From positions 40,305 to 104,304 of the forward strand of contig CAVYSN010000022.1 in NCBI GenBank assembly GCA_963771165.1: a DNA stretch of 64,000 nucleotides, written 5' to 3'. This document shows positions 1-10,964 of this stretch, piece by piece (the stretch's first letter is position 1; each line of letters starts with the position of its first letter). Under the pieces are notes generated by a model. That model had not been told where the DNA came from. It saw nothing but the letters and a program-made list of their open reading frames with translations, and ran no database searches. The position numbers and the translations under genes are program-made. The stretch is from an uncultured bacterium (GTDB taxonomy: Bacteria; Acidobacteriota; HRBIN11; JAKEFK01).

Positions 1-413
1 GCAAATCAGTGACACGCCTGTTCAGGAAAAATAAAGCCCGTTACGATCCAGCAAAGCTTGTCCACGAAGAACTTGTCGTGAGTAACGGCAGAATCGCCAC
101 TCTTCGTCATCCATTGGAACATTACACCTTCCGTTCTTTTGAGCAATATTTGCCGAAAGTGCATTCTTTTACATCACTCGCAGCGCGTGAGGCGTTTCAA
201 AAGGGGCACCGGGCCGGTTGGCTATCGCTCTGGATCTTTCCTTCGATGCGGTTCGTGAGAACATACATTTTCAAGGCCGGAGTCCTGGATGGCGTTCCCG
301 GTTTAGTGATTGCGTGGCTATCCGCCTATACGGTTTATCTGAAGATGGCCAAGCTTTGGGAATTACAAAACTCCCGCGATGAGCATTTGCCACAAATAGT
401 GAATGACAATTGA
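1..413 (+). CDS. Glycosyltransferase family 2 (KdtX/LgtF-like), C-terminal part; 5' end outside window
   Basis: RLFRK...VHE...L.HY...F.R.Y...G.LDG.PG..IA...Y.K..KLWE pattern typical of LPS beta-1,4-glucosyltransferase-like GT2. Confidence 0.8.
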   Translation, partial: KSVTRLFRKNKARYDPAKLVHEELVVSNGRIATLRHPLEHYTFRSFEQYLPKVHSFTSLAAREAFQKGHRAGWLSLWIFPSMRFVRTYIFKAGVLDGVPGLVIAWLSAYTVYLKMAKLWELQNSRDEHLPQIVNDN

Positions 414-453
414 CACAAACCGCCAAGACGCCAATGACACCAGGGTCACCAGG

Positions 454-1545
454 ATGAAGGATCATCTGGTCATTTTCCACATTAACACGGAGAAGGGGTT
501 TCGAGGTGGAGAAATCCAGACTCTGCATTTGATTCGTGGTCTTCAGGAACGGGGGCACGAGAACTGCATTTTCGCACGACCCGGATCACGAATTTTGCAA
601 GAAGCGCGAGAAAAGAAGATTCCCTGTTTCACGCTCCCGATGAGAGGAGAGTGGGATGTGATTTCCGGCCGCACGCTGCGAAGGCTGGTTCATGTTCAAC
701 AACCTGATCTACTGCATGCCCATACGGCTCATGCCTGTTCCATTGCAATGATGGCACGCTGGCCGGATAAATCTCCGCCGATTGTTTTTTCTCGAAGAGT
801 TGCGTTTCCAGCGCGAAAAACGCTTTTGAGGCGCAAATTGAAGAACGTGGATGCCCTGCTCGCTGTTTCAAAAACAGTTCGTAACCAGCTGATAGAATCC
901 GGTATTCCTGCCGAAAAGATTTTTGTCGCGGAAAGCGGAACAGACTTCTCCCTTTTTGAATCTGCTCCGGAGCGTGCAGTTGCGAGAAAGGAACTGGGTC
1001 TGCCGGAGAATGCTTTTGTCATTGGGAATATCTCGCATTTTGACGCGCAGAAAGGGCAGGAAACGCTGATCCGGGTCTTCCATGAATTTGCGAAGGATCA
1101 TCCGGATGGCTACCTGTTGCTTGCGGGAGATGGACCTAAAAAGCAGCAATGCGAGGAGCTCGTTCAACAGCTCGGCTGCGAGAAATTTGTTCTTTTCACC
1201 TCTTACAGAAGCGATGTGGAAAGGGTTTACCCTGCAATGGATATTTTCTTCTTATCATCGAGTCATGAAGGCTGGTCGGGCGTGCTGCGCGAAGCGATGG
1301 CTTGCCGCATTCCGGTGATTGCCGTTCGCCAACCAAGCACCGAAGAGCAGGTAAAATCGGGAATTCTTGTCACAGAAGATACGCGGGAGTGGCGTGAGGC
1401 TATTGAGAAGTTATTTGCAAGCGGCGAGCTTCGTTCGGAGCTGGCGGAAGGGGCGAGAGAACACGTGCGCGAATTTACAGTTCAGGCAATGATTGATAAA
1501 ACGGAGGATTGCTACAAAACCGTGCTCGGCTACAGGTCACGATAG
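454..1545 (+). CDS. Glycosyltransferase family 4 (GT-B)
   Basis: GFRGGE N-terminal motif, KGQE, EGW.G.LREAMA motif. ATG at 454 preferred over 403 because the intervening stretch is a repeat arm. Confidence 0.9.
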   Translation: MKDHLVIFHINTEKGFRGGEIQTLHLIRGLQERGHENCIFARPGSRILQEAREKKIPCFTLPMRGEWDVISGRTLRRLVHVQQPDLLHAHTAHACSIAMMARWPDKSPPIVFSRRVAFPARKTLLRRKLKNVDALLAVSKTVRNQLIESGIPAEKIFVAESGTDFSLFESAPERAVARKELGLPENAFVIGNISHFDAQKGQETLIRVFHEFAKDHPDGYLLLAGDGPKKQQCEELVQQLGCEKFVLFTSYRSDVERVYPAMDIFFLSSSHEGWSGVLREAMACRIPVIAVRQPSTEEQVKSGILVTEDTREWREAIEKLFASGELRSELAEGAREHVREFTVQAMIDKTEDCYKTVLGYRSR

Positions 1546-2171
1546 AGGTTCAAAACTCTTTTTACGTATTGCTGCGTTTCGTTAAAAGGCGGGATCCCCT
1601 GAAAACGGTCGACGGCCTTTTCGCCAGCGTTGTAGGCGGCAAGTACCAGATCCAATTGATTGTTGTACCGCCGCATCAAATTCTTCAGATGCCTGGCGCC
1701 CGCATCAATGTTTTGTTCAGGATCATACGGTCTTCGCACTCGATACATTTTTGAGGTATCCGGCATCAATTGCATCAATCCCTGCGCACCTTTGCGGGAT
1801 ATGGCCATTGGATTAAAATTGGATTCAACTTTCATAACGGCGGTAATCAATCTCCAATCCAGCTCATATTTTTCAGAAACCGAACGGACCTGTTCTGCGT
1901 AGGCAAAACGGAAACCGGCTTTTGCTGGAACCGCTTCCTCCGACACGATGGCCATGGGAGGCGGATCGGGTTCGTCCCGGATTTCACGAACCCACTCAAT
2001 CGGGATGACGATTTCGGAACGGTCACTGATTACAACCTCAACATTCGCCCCTTCCACCCTGTAAGACTTCATTCGCAATTTCTTTCCCGTACTGAGGACC
2101 ATAACGTCTGCGAACGCAAGACTGCTGATGGTTAGAATGAGGATTAGTAGAATGGGAAACTTTCTCATCAT
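1530..2171 (-). CDS. Lytic transglycosylase (SLT domain), secreted
   Basis: Signal peptide; VESNFNP.A.S.KGAQGLMQL, AAYNAG, ETQ.YV motifs. Confidence 0.93.
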   Translation of the reverse strand: MMRKFPILLILILTISSLAFADVMVLSTGKKLRMKSYRVEGANVEVVISDRSEIVIPIEWVREIRDEPDPPPMAIVSEEAVPAKAGFRFAYAEQVRSVSEKYELDWRLITAVMKVESNFNPMAISRKGAQGLMQLMPDTSKMYRVRRPYDPEQNIDAGARHLKNLMRRYNNQLDLVLAAYNAGEKAVDRFQGIPPFNETQQYVKRVLNLYRDL

Positions 2172-2271
2172 TGCCGATGGCGAAGCTTCATTATATGTCC
2201 CGGAATCATTCCCGACAAGATAATCGCCGTTGGCGAGTTTGGCGTCATGGCGGTTCGAGTTCCGCAGGACT

Positions 2272-3033
2272 TCATCGCAGCAGATCGCGGCGTAATGTCA
2301 AACCACCATCATAGAGAATTGTTTGACCTGTCATGTAAAGATCGGGATCCAGCAAAAACAGAACCAGCTGAGCAACATCGGAAGCCTTGCCGTATCGCGG
2401 AATAATCTTTTGCTCCACAAATTTCGAGTACTTTCCCTTTTGAAGACTCTCTTCTGCCATTCCTGCTTGATTCACACCAGGAGCAACGACATTGATGCGC
2501 AGGAATGGATCGCCACCAAACTCTTTGGCGAGGATTTTAGCGCCATGAATCAAAGCGGCTTTGGACATTCCATAAAAGAGCGATCCCTCGAAAGGATAGA
2601 TTCCTTGCATCGATGAAAAGAGGACAATGGCGCCCGGACGCGATTCTCCGCGCATCTTTAAAGCAAATTCCTTTGCACTGTACAGAGGAGAAGATGCATT
2701 ACGAAGAAAGGCGTCTTGCATGTGAGAGATTTGCCCTTTTTGCCAATCCACACGCGCAGGATCACCAATCAAATTCACAAGGGCGTATGGCTCATTTTCC
2801 TGTTCAAAGAAAGTGTTGGTTGCGTCCTGTATCTCTTCCGCCTGCGTAAAATCGCATTCGTAAAAGGTTGCCTTCGATCCTTTCAGGCGAGCTTTCAGCC
2901 GAGCTGCTTTTTCATCCTCTTTATGATGGATCAACATCAGGGAGCACTTTTGCTCGGCCAGGGCGGAAGCAATTTCCTGCCCGAGCCCGCCAGTTGCTCC
3001 AGCGATTAATATGGATTTGTTTTCTAATGTCAC
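2272..3033 (-). CDS. Short-chain dehydrogenase/reductase
   Basis: AGATGGLG Rossmann motif, S...YGMSK catalytic motif, NVVAPG, TGQ...DGG. Confidence 0.9.
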   Translation of the reverse strand: MTLENKSILIAGATGGLGQEIASALAEQKCSLMLIHHKEDEKAARLKARLKGSKATFYECDFTQAEEIQDATNTFFEQENEPYALVNLIGDPARVDWQKGQISHMQDAFLRNASSPLYSAKEFALKMRGESRPGAIVLFSSMQGIYPFEGSLFYGMSKAALIHGAKILAKEFGGDPFLRINVVAPGVNQAGMAEESLQKGKYSKFVEQKIIPRYGKASDVAQLVLFLLDPDLYMTGQTILYDGGLTLRRDLLR

Positions 3034-3120
3034 CGTTCTAATCTATCACCTTTACGTAGCTTTTAACCTTTCACTTTTGTTGACCTTTCACTTTTAACCT
3101 TTTACTTTTATCATACTGCC

Positions 3121-5133
3121 ATGCCTTACCCGACTTTGTTTTCGCCCATTTCAATCGGTTCGTTGAAGCTTCGAAATCGCATCATGATGGGATCCATGCA
3201 CCTTGGATATGAAGGCAAACCGGACTCCGCTGAGCGGATGGCGGAATTCTATGCGGCCCGTGCAAGGGGTGGAACGGCGCTCATCATAACCGGTGGGTGT
3301 GCCATCAACGCGGAAGCAATCGGCGGAGGAAGTTTTAGCTGTATCTACAACGCCGAGGATTTACAAACATTAAGCCGTGTAACGGATCGAGTTCATCAGG
3401 AAGGGGGAAAAATTGGGTTGCAGCTTTTTCATGCGGGCCGCTATGCCGGACGTGAATGGTTGTCCGGGCTGCAACCGGTCGCTCCATCAGCAATACGAAG
3501 CAGTTTGCATCCGGCCACGCCCCGGGCAATGGACGAACAGGACATCCAACGCACGATTGCAGATTTTGCAACCTCGGCGGTACGCGCGCGTGAAGCTGGC
3601 TTTGATTGTGTCGAAGTTATGGGATCAGAAGGATATTTGATCAATCAATTCTTTTCACCGGTCACGAACAAACGAGAAGACATGTGGGGAGGCAATCTCG
3701 AAAACCGGATCCGCTTTGCTGTCGAAGTCATGCTTGCCATCCGAAAAGCATGCGGAGGGGATTTTCCTGTTATCTTCAGGATGTCGGGAATTGACTTGAT
3801 CCCGGGAAGCAGTGGATGGGAAGAAACATTTTATTTTGCAAAGCGGATGCAGCAATGCGGCGCGAATGCCTTAAACATCGGCATTGGCTGGCACGAATCC
3901 CGGATTCCCACAATCTCCATGCTGGTCCCGCGCGCATATTACAGTTTTGCCGTGGCGCGAATCAAGCAACACGTAACGATTCCGTGCATCTGCAGTAATC
4001 GAATCAATGACCCGGACGTTGCGGAAGATTTGATCGCCGCGGGAAAAGCGGATCTTGTGAGTCTCGCCAGACCTTTACTCGCGGATCCTGACTTCGCCGT
4101 GAAAGCAGAAACGGGGAGAAGCGATCTGATCAATACCTGCATCGCTTGCAATCAAGCTTGCCTGGACAATGCTTTTCGCAATGAAGCTACGACTTGCATC
4201 TTGAATCCGGAGGCCGGCCGGGAAAAAGTGATGGCAAAACAGGAGGCCGCCTATAAAAAGAACGTTGCCGTTGTTGGGGCCGGACCGGCCGGTCTGGAGG
4301 CATCCAAAGCTCTGGCCGAACGCGGGCATCGCGTCACTCTTTTTGAAAGGGGAGCAAGAATTGGAGGACAACTCCTTCACGCCATCCTGGTCCCTGGAAA
4401 GCAGGAATTCTTGCAGACAATCCGTTACTATCAGAGCTATCTGCAAGAGTATGGCGTGGATGTCCGGACAAGCTGTGAGCCTTCGCACGATGAGCTTCAG
4501 AAATTCGACGCCGTGATCATTGCAACGGGCGCGCGTCCGAAATCACCGGACATTCCAGGCTCAGAGCAGACAAACTGCATCAACTATGAATATTTTTTTA
4601 ATCATCCTGAGTCCGTTCATGCCGCCGGATCGATTGCAATCGTAGGAGCTGGTGGAATCGGTTGCGACGTAGCCCATTTGATGGCGGATGCTGAAAATTC
4701 TTATCCGCCCTCTTCCTTTTTTGATGACCCAAATCGTGTCGCTTTTTATGAAGAATACTTGCAATCGCTTCCACGAAACCACGAGATCACTCTGATGCGT
4801 CGCGGAAAAAGGATCGGCGAAAAGCTCGGGCCGACCACTCGTTGGGCACTAATCCAGTTGCTTGAGAATCGGGGCGTGCAGATGTTGACACAAATTCAAT
4901 ATCAGTCGATTACGGAGAATGGCTTGCACGCATTAGCACGAAACGGCAAAGAAATTTTTGTGTCCGCGGACAAAATGATTTTCGCCGTCGGACAGGTTCC
5001 TAATTCCGATCTTTATGAGCGGCTCCGTCCAAATCTTGAGAAATGCTATTTGATCGGCGCCGCGCGACTGGCGTCAGAAACAAACGCTCAGGCCGCAATC
5101 TGGGAAGCTGCAGACGTGGCACGCAGAATCTAG
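3121..5133 (+). CDS. fadH: NADPH-dependent 2,4-dienoyl-CoA reductase
   Basis: MGSMH, GSEGYLINQF, GWHESRIPTI, CIACNQACLD Fe-S motif, two GxGxxG motifs, 670 aa. Confidence 0.93.
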   Translation: MPYPTLFSPISIGSLKLRNRIMMGSMHLGYEGKPDSAERMAEFYAARARGGTALIITGGCAINAEAIGGGSFSCIYNAEDLQTLSRVTDRVHQEGGKIGLQLFHAGRYAGREWLSGLQPVAPSAIRSSLHPATPRAMDEQDIQRTIADFATSAVRAREAGFDCVEVMGSEGYLINQFFSPVTNKREDMWGGNLENRIRFAVEVMLAIRKACGGDFPVIFRMSGIDLIPGSSGWEETFYFAKRMQQCGANALNIGIGWHESRIPTISMLVPRAYYSFAVARIKQHVTIPCICSNRINDPDVAEDLIAAGKADLVSLARPLLADPDFAVKAETGRSDLINTCIACNQACLDNAFRNEATTCILNPEAGREKVMAKQEAAYKKNVAVVGAGPAGLEASKALAERGHRVTLFERGARIGGQLLHAILVPGKQEFLQTIRYYQSYLQEYGVDVRTSCEPSHDELQKFDAVIIATGARPKSPDIPGSEQTNCINYEYFFNHPESVHAAGSIAIVGAGGIGCDVAHLMADAENSYPPSSFFDDPNRVAFYEEYLQSLPRNHEITLMRRGKRIGEKLGPTTRWALIQLLENRGVQMLTQIQYQSITENGLHALARNGKEIFVSADKMIFAVGQVPNSDLYERLRPNLEKCYLIGAARLASETNAQAAIWEAADVARRI

Positions 5134-5168
5134 CAGGGGAAATCGCCCCCGCACTATAATAGAAAACG

Positions 5169-5666
5169 ATGTTGGACGTAAATCAAATTGCTCCGGATTT
5201 TTCATTGCCACAATTAGGTAACGGGGAGTTTCGATTTTATGAGTCAGCTTCCAAGAACTCATTACTGATTTTTTATAAGTTCAGCTGCGGAACCTCCCGT
5301 TTTACGTTTCCGTTCCTGCAGAAGATTTACGAGGCGTACGGAGATACTCTGAACTTTGCCGCCATTGCGCAGGATGAGGCGGAAGCTTCTGCAAACTTTC
5401 GTGACGATCTGGGAATTACGATTCCAATACTCCTGGATATGAATCCTTATCCTGTGAGCAGGGCTTTTGGAATTCATACGGTTCCTTCGATCTTTTTTTT
5501 GGATGCAAACCCCAAGATACTCTTCACATCTTATGGTTTCGTGAAACAAGATATTTTGAATCTAGCCGACATCCTTGCAGAAAAATCCGTGCGTCCGCAA
5601 ATCGAGGTGTTCGATTCTGTTGAGGTTCCAGAAATCAAACCGGGGTGAGGAGCAAGAAATCGCTGA
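5169..5666 (+). CDS. Peroxiredoxin/TlpA-like thioredoxin-fold protein, probable C-terminal selenocysteine (TGA 5646-5648 read as Sec: ...KPG-U-GARNR*)
   Basis: APDFSL...FYKFSCGTS...VPSIF redoxin fold. In-frame TGA followed by GARNR-stop and a SECIS-like hairpin. Without recoding the CDS ends at 5648. Confidence 0.8.
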
Positions 5667-5686
5667 GGTCTTCAGCATACACCTCC
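5649..5686 (+). promoter_or_regulatory. Bacterial SECIS element (candidate)
   Basis: GGAG/CTCC lower stem, GCTGA/TCAGC upper stem, GGTCT apical loop; AGGTCT lies at +18..+23 after the TGA. Confidence 0.75.
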
Positions 5687-5697
5687 AGTTAGAACGT

Positions 5698-5762
5698 GGG
5701 CGCGATGAATCGCGCCCCTACAAACTCATCCAGGCAATGTAGGGGCGACATTTATGGCCCCC
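5698..5762. repeat. GTAG-type REP pair
   Basis: GGGCGCGATGAATCGCGCCCCTAC plus degenerate GTAGGGGCG copy; near-identical copies at 18051, 49242, 50817. Confidence 0.8.
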
Positions 5763-5807
5763 GCGTTCCAATAATGAGTAGTTTGCGTCTTCGCGCCTTT
5801 GCGTTAA

Positions 5808-7826
<2,019 letters not shown>

Positions 7827-7856
7827 GGGCAGGTCTAAGACCCGCCCGCCGTGTGA

Positions 7857-9140
7857 TTAAAATCGCACAACCGTCGACAGAATGAATTGGTCTGAAAGAT
7901 TTGCCAGATCCACGGCCCAGTCGATCTGGAAATGCGAACCGAATACGAAACCATTTCCCATAGTGAAATGATTCTCGTCTTCACGCTCTGAAAAGATAGT
8001 TGCCAGAACATCCTGGCCAAACTGGTTGAATCCTGGAGCCTGGGCAACAATCAGGCTGCTGGCCGAACGACGGTAATAACCCGTTCTCAACGCAATCGGC
8101 ACCTTCCCGGCGAAAACAACAAACTCGGTACCTACGTGAAAATCCCACGCGTCGTCTATGTCGTAGACAATGTCGTCGTTTGTTGATCCCGCTGTGATCA
8201 GATTTCTACCGACTGATATATCTTCAACCAGATCAGAATTTTCAACACGAACGACATCCATAACGAGCGTAATGTTGTCATTTGGCTTCACAGCGAAGCC
8301 CATCCCAAATGTATCTGGAAGCTTCAAAACATTGACAAACGTACCCGGCAGCGCTGATGCGGGTCCGCTTTCAGTCTCGTCCACCTCAAATTTGGGATTC
8401 TTTTTGTAAACGGCTCCGATCGAAAAGCGACTTCCGGTATAGATCAGGCCGGCGTTCCACGCAAAAGCGCTGTCACTATCATCGATGTCGGTCTGATAAA
8501 GGGGTATGAGTCCGGCATCAACAATGAGAACATTCTGAACGTTGGCTTGCCAATCGAGATCTGAGTATCGCGCCGTTGCTCCAACCGAGAAGCGATCGCT
8601 CAGCTTAACACCAAATGAAAAGTTGTAGTTGACTATCGTTTGGTCTTGAGTGGCCGTGGTTCCGAAGGCTTGTGATGCCGCTCCGGGGACACTCAGAATG
8701 AACACTTCATCGATTCCACCTTCTGTCTTGCTGACCTCATGTCGCGAGAATGCCACTGTGGTGCGACCAATCGGATAAACCACACTCAAAAAAGAAGGTT
8801 GATTCAGTTCGTCCAAACTGTTATCGGACCCGATTGTCAGACCTGCGAAGCCGCCTTCTACGATGTTAAAAGAGTTCAAGCGATCCGCATCGAATTCTGT
8901 GTTTCGGTATTCGAATGAAACCTCGGGTTTTGTGAGAATTGTGAGTCCGGCCGGATTTGCTTCCGATGCAGTTGCATCATCAGCAAGGCCAATAAAGGCG
9001 AGACCCATCGCGCCGGAGCGCGCTCCGGGGTTCACAATTGAGAGTTGAAAATTACGAAAAATCTCTTCGTCAGTGATTGCAAAAACATCAGACGAAAACA
9101 ATAAGACGCAGCACGTGAAAATTAGAAGGAACTGTCGCAT
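7857..9140 (-). CDS. Outer-membrane long-chain fatty acid/hydrophobic compound transporter (OmpP1/FadL family)
   Basis: Signal peptide, GAR..AMG.AF...ADD.TA...NPAGL hatch motif, terminal Phe; GGAGG RBS before ATG 9140. Confidence 0.8.
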   Translation of the reverse strand: MRQFLLIFTCCVLLFSSDVFAITDEEIFRNFQLSIVNPGARSGAMGLAFIGLADDATASEANPAGLTILTKPEVSFEYRNTEFDADRLNSFNIVEGGFAGLTIGSDNSLDELNQPSFLSVVYPIGRTTVAFSRHEVSKTEGGIDEVFILSVPGAASQAFGTTATQDQTIVNYNFSFGVKLSDRFSVGATARYSDLDWQANVQNVLIVDAGLIPLYQTDIDDSDSAFAWNAGLIYTGSRFSIGAVYKKNPKFEVDETESGPASALPGTFVNVLKLPDTFGMGFAVKPNDNITLVMDVVRVENSDLVEDISVGRNLITAGSTNDDIVYDIDDAWDFHVGTEFVVFAGKVPIALRTGYYRRSASSLIVAQAPGFNQFGQDVLATIFSEREDENHFTMGNGFVFGSHFQIDWAVDLANLSDQFILSTVVRF

Positions 9141-9184
9141 GTCCCCCTCCTTTTTAATCAAGAAAGAACTATACCCGAAAAGCT

Positions 9185-9763
9185 CTAAAAATAAAAAGTA
9201 GCACCGACATTTACAAGATAGGCATCAAATTCATATCGGATCACAGCCGTTTCAAAATCGAGAAATACTTTTCTTATATCGCCACCAATCGAAACATGGT
9301 TGCCGATGAAAGCTTCAACGCCCACACCGATGTGGAATGCCTGTTCTGTATGTTTGATCGTGCCACTTCCTGTGACATATGGCAGATCGATATCGCCTGT
9401 GACAGTGGCCGTCAGAAAATACCAACCGGTTCCTGCGACCACGTAAGGGGAGACGGGAAGCATGGCGAGAGGATAAACAATCCCTGAAAACTGAAGTGGC
9501 ACAGTATCAAGCTCGATGGAACCGCCGCGAACGTTGAAGTTGTCCTCGCGTTTTTGTAAGCTCACTTCGGCCATCATATATTTCATCACGCGCAACCGTG
9601 CCTGCCCACCCCAAAACATGCGCGATTCATCGATTTCATCCTCGTTATAACTCAACACGCTTGTTGTAATCCCGAGACCGAATTGGAGCTCATCCGCAGA
9701 GGCGATGCAAGGCAAGGCTAAACCCACAAAAATCATCATCACCAGTGTATATTTCATTCTCAA
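9185..9763 (-). CDS. Outer-membrane beta-barrel protein (8-stranded OmpA/OmpW-like)
   Basis: Signal peptide, SPY..AG.G, H.G.GVE, C-terminal TFYF. Confidence 0.8.
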   Translation of the reverse strand: MRMKYTLVMMIFVGLALPCIASADELQFGLGITTSVLSYNEDEIDESRMFWGGQARLRVMKYMMAEVSLQKREDNFNVRGGSIELDTVPLQFSGIVYPLAMLPVSPYVVAGTGWYFLTATVTGDIDLPYVTGSGTIKHTEQAFHIGVGVEAFIGNHVSIGGDIRKVFLDFETAVIRYEFDAYLVNVGATFYF

Positions 9764-9971
9764 ACCTCCGGAACCATTGTAACAGAACCGCGCGTGCGCG
9801 TTTTATTGCAGTTGTAGATTAGATATCAAATTGAAAAATTCACTTGCACGAGGAAACAGGCAGCTACATGACTTGTGTTTGAAAGAGATTGCGAGGCGGT
9901 TAATATGAAATTTGGTGTATGCGAACTACAATCTGAAATGGATCTCCCCTTTTGCTATGATGATGAGCGGG

Positions 9972-10964
9972 ATGCGAAGGTACATTTTGCGGCGTCTTGT
10001 TCTTCTCATCCCCATCCTGTTCGGTGTTACGTTCATATCTTTCCTGCTGATCACGCTCTCCCCGGGCGATTTTCTGACAACGATGTCACTCAATCCTACG
10101 GTCTCTTCAGAAAGAATTGAAAAGCTGCGAACTGAATTCGGATTGGACAAACCCTGGTACGTTCAGTATGGATTCTGGCTCTATCGATTGAGTCCCTACG
10201 AATTCCCATACGGATTGAAGTGGCCTGATTTCGGTTACTCATTTTCGAACAGGATGCCGGTCCTGACTCTCATGGGGGAAAGGTTTTGGAACACACTTTT
10301 GCTCTCCTTCAGTGCCGAGTTCTTGACCTGGCTGATTGCAATCCCTCTTGCCCTTTTTCTGGTGGCAAGGAGAAACACCTGGTTAGACCCTTTTTGTTCG
10401 AGTTTTCTTTTTCTGGGCATATCGTTCCCACAGATCCTTCTGGCGCTTCTTGCGCTGGTTTTTGCAGCGAGAACCGGCTGGTTCCCGGTAGGAGGCATGC
10501 GCCATTTTGGTACCGAAATGGCACCATTGTGGTACCGTTTTGGTGATCTGCTGCACCATCTGATTTTACCGGCTGTTGTTTTAGCCTTTGCGGAGATTGC
10601 CGTTCTGGTTCGCTATGCCCGAAGAGGAATGCTGGATACACTTTCAGCAGACTTCATACGCACGGCCAGGGCAAAAGGATGGAGTGAAAATGGTTTGCTC
10701 AGGAGACATGTTCTTCGGAACGCAATCAATCCCCTTCTAACACTTTTTGGTTTTAGTTTTGCAAATCTGCTCAGCGCTTCTTTCATTGTAGAAATCATCA
10801 TGGGCTGGCCGGGTCTCGGGCGGCTTGCTTATGATGCGATGTTATCCAGGGATCTTTATCTGTTAATGGCTTCCCTGACTGCAGGAACGATTTTGCTTGT
10901 CATCGGGAATTTGTTGGCCGATGTCATGCTGGCTCTTTCCGACCCGCGGATCCGTTATGAGTAA
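9972..10964 (+). CDS. Peptide/nickel ABC transporter permease (OppB/DppB family)
   Basis: YILRRL, PGD, GLDKP...QY, TARAKG.S, H.LRNA, DPRIR. Confidence 0.93.
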   Translation: MRRYILRRLVLLIPILFGVTFISFLLITLSPGDFLTTMSLNPTVSSERIEKLRTEFGLDKPWYVQYGFWLYRLSPYEFPYGLKWPDFGYSFSNRMPVLTLMGERFWNTLLLSFSAEFLTWLIAIPLALFLVARRNTWLDPFCSSFLFLGISFPQILLALLALVFAARTGWFPVGGMRHFGTEMAPLWYRFGDLLHHLILPAVVLAFAEIAVLVRYARRGMLDTLSADFIRTARAKGWSENGLLRRHVLRNAINPLLTLFGFSFANLLSASFIVEIIMGWPGLGRLAYDAMLSRDLYLLMASLTAGTILLVIGNLLADVMLALSDPRIRYE

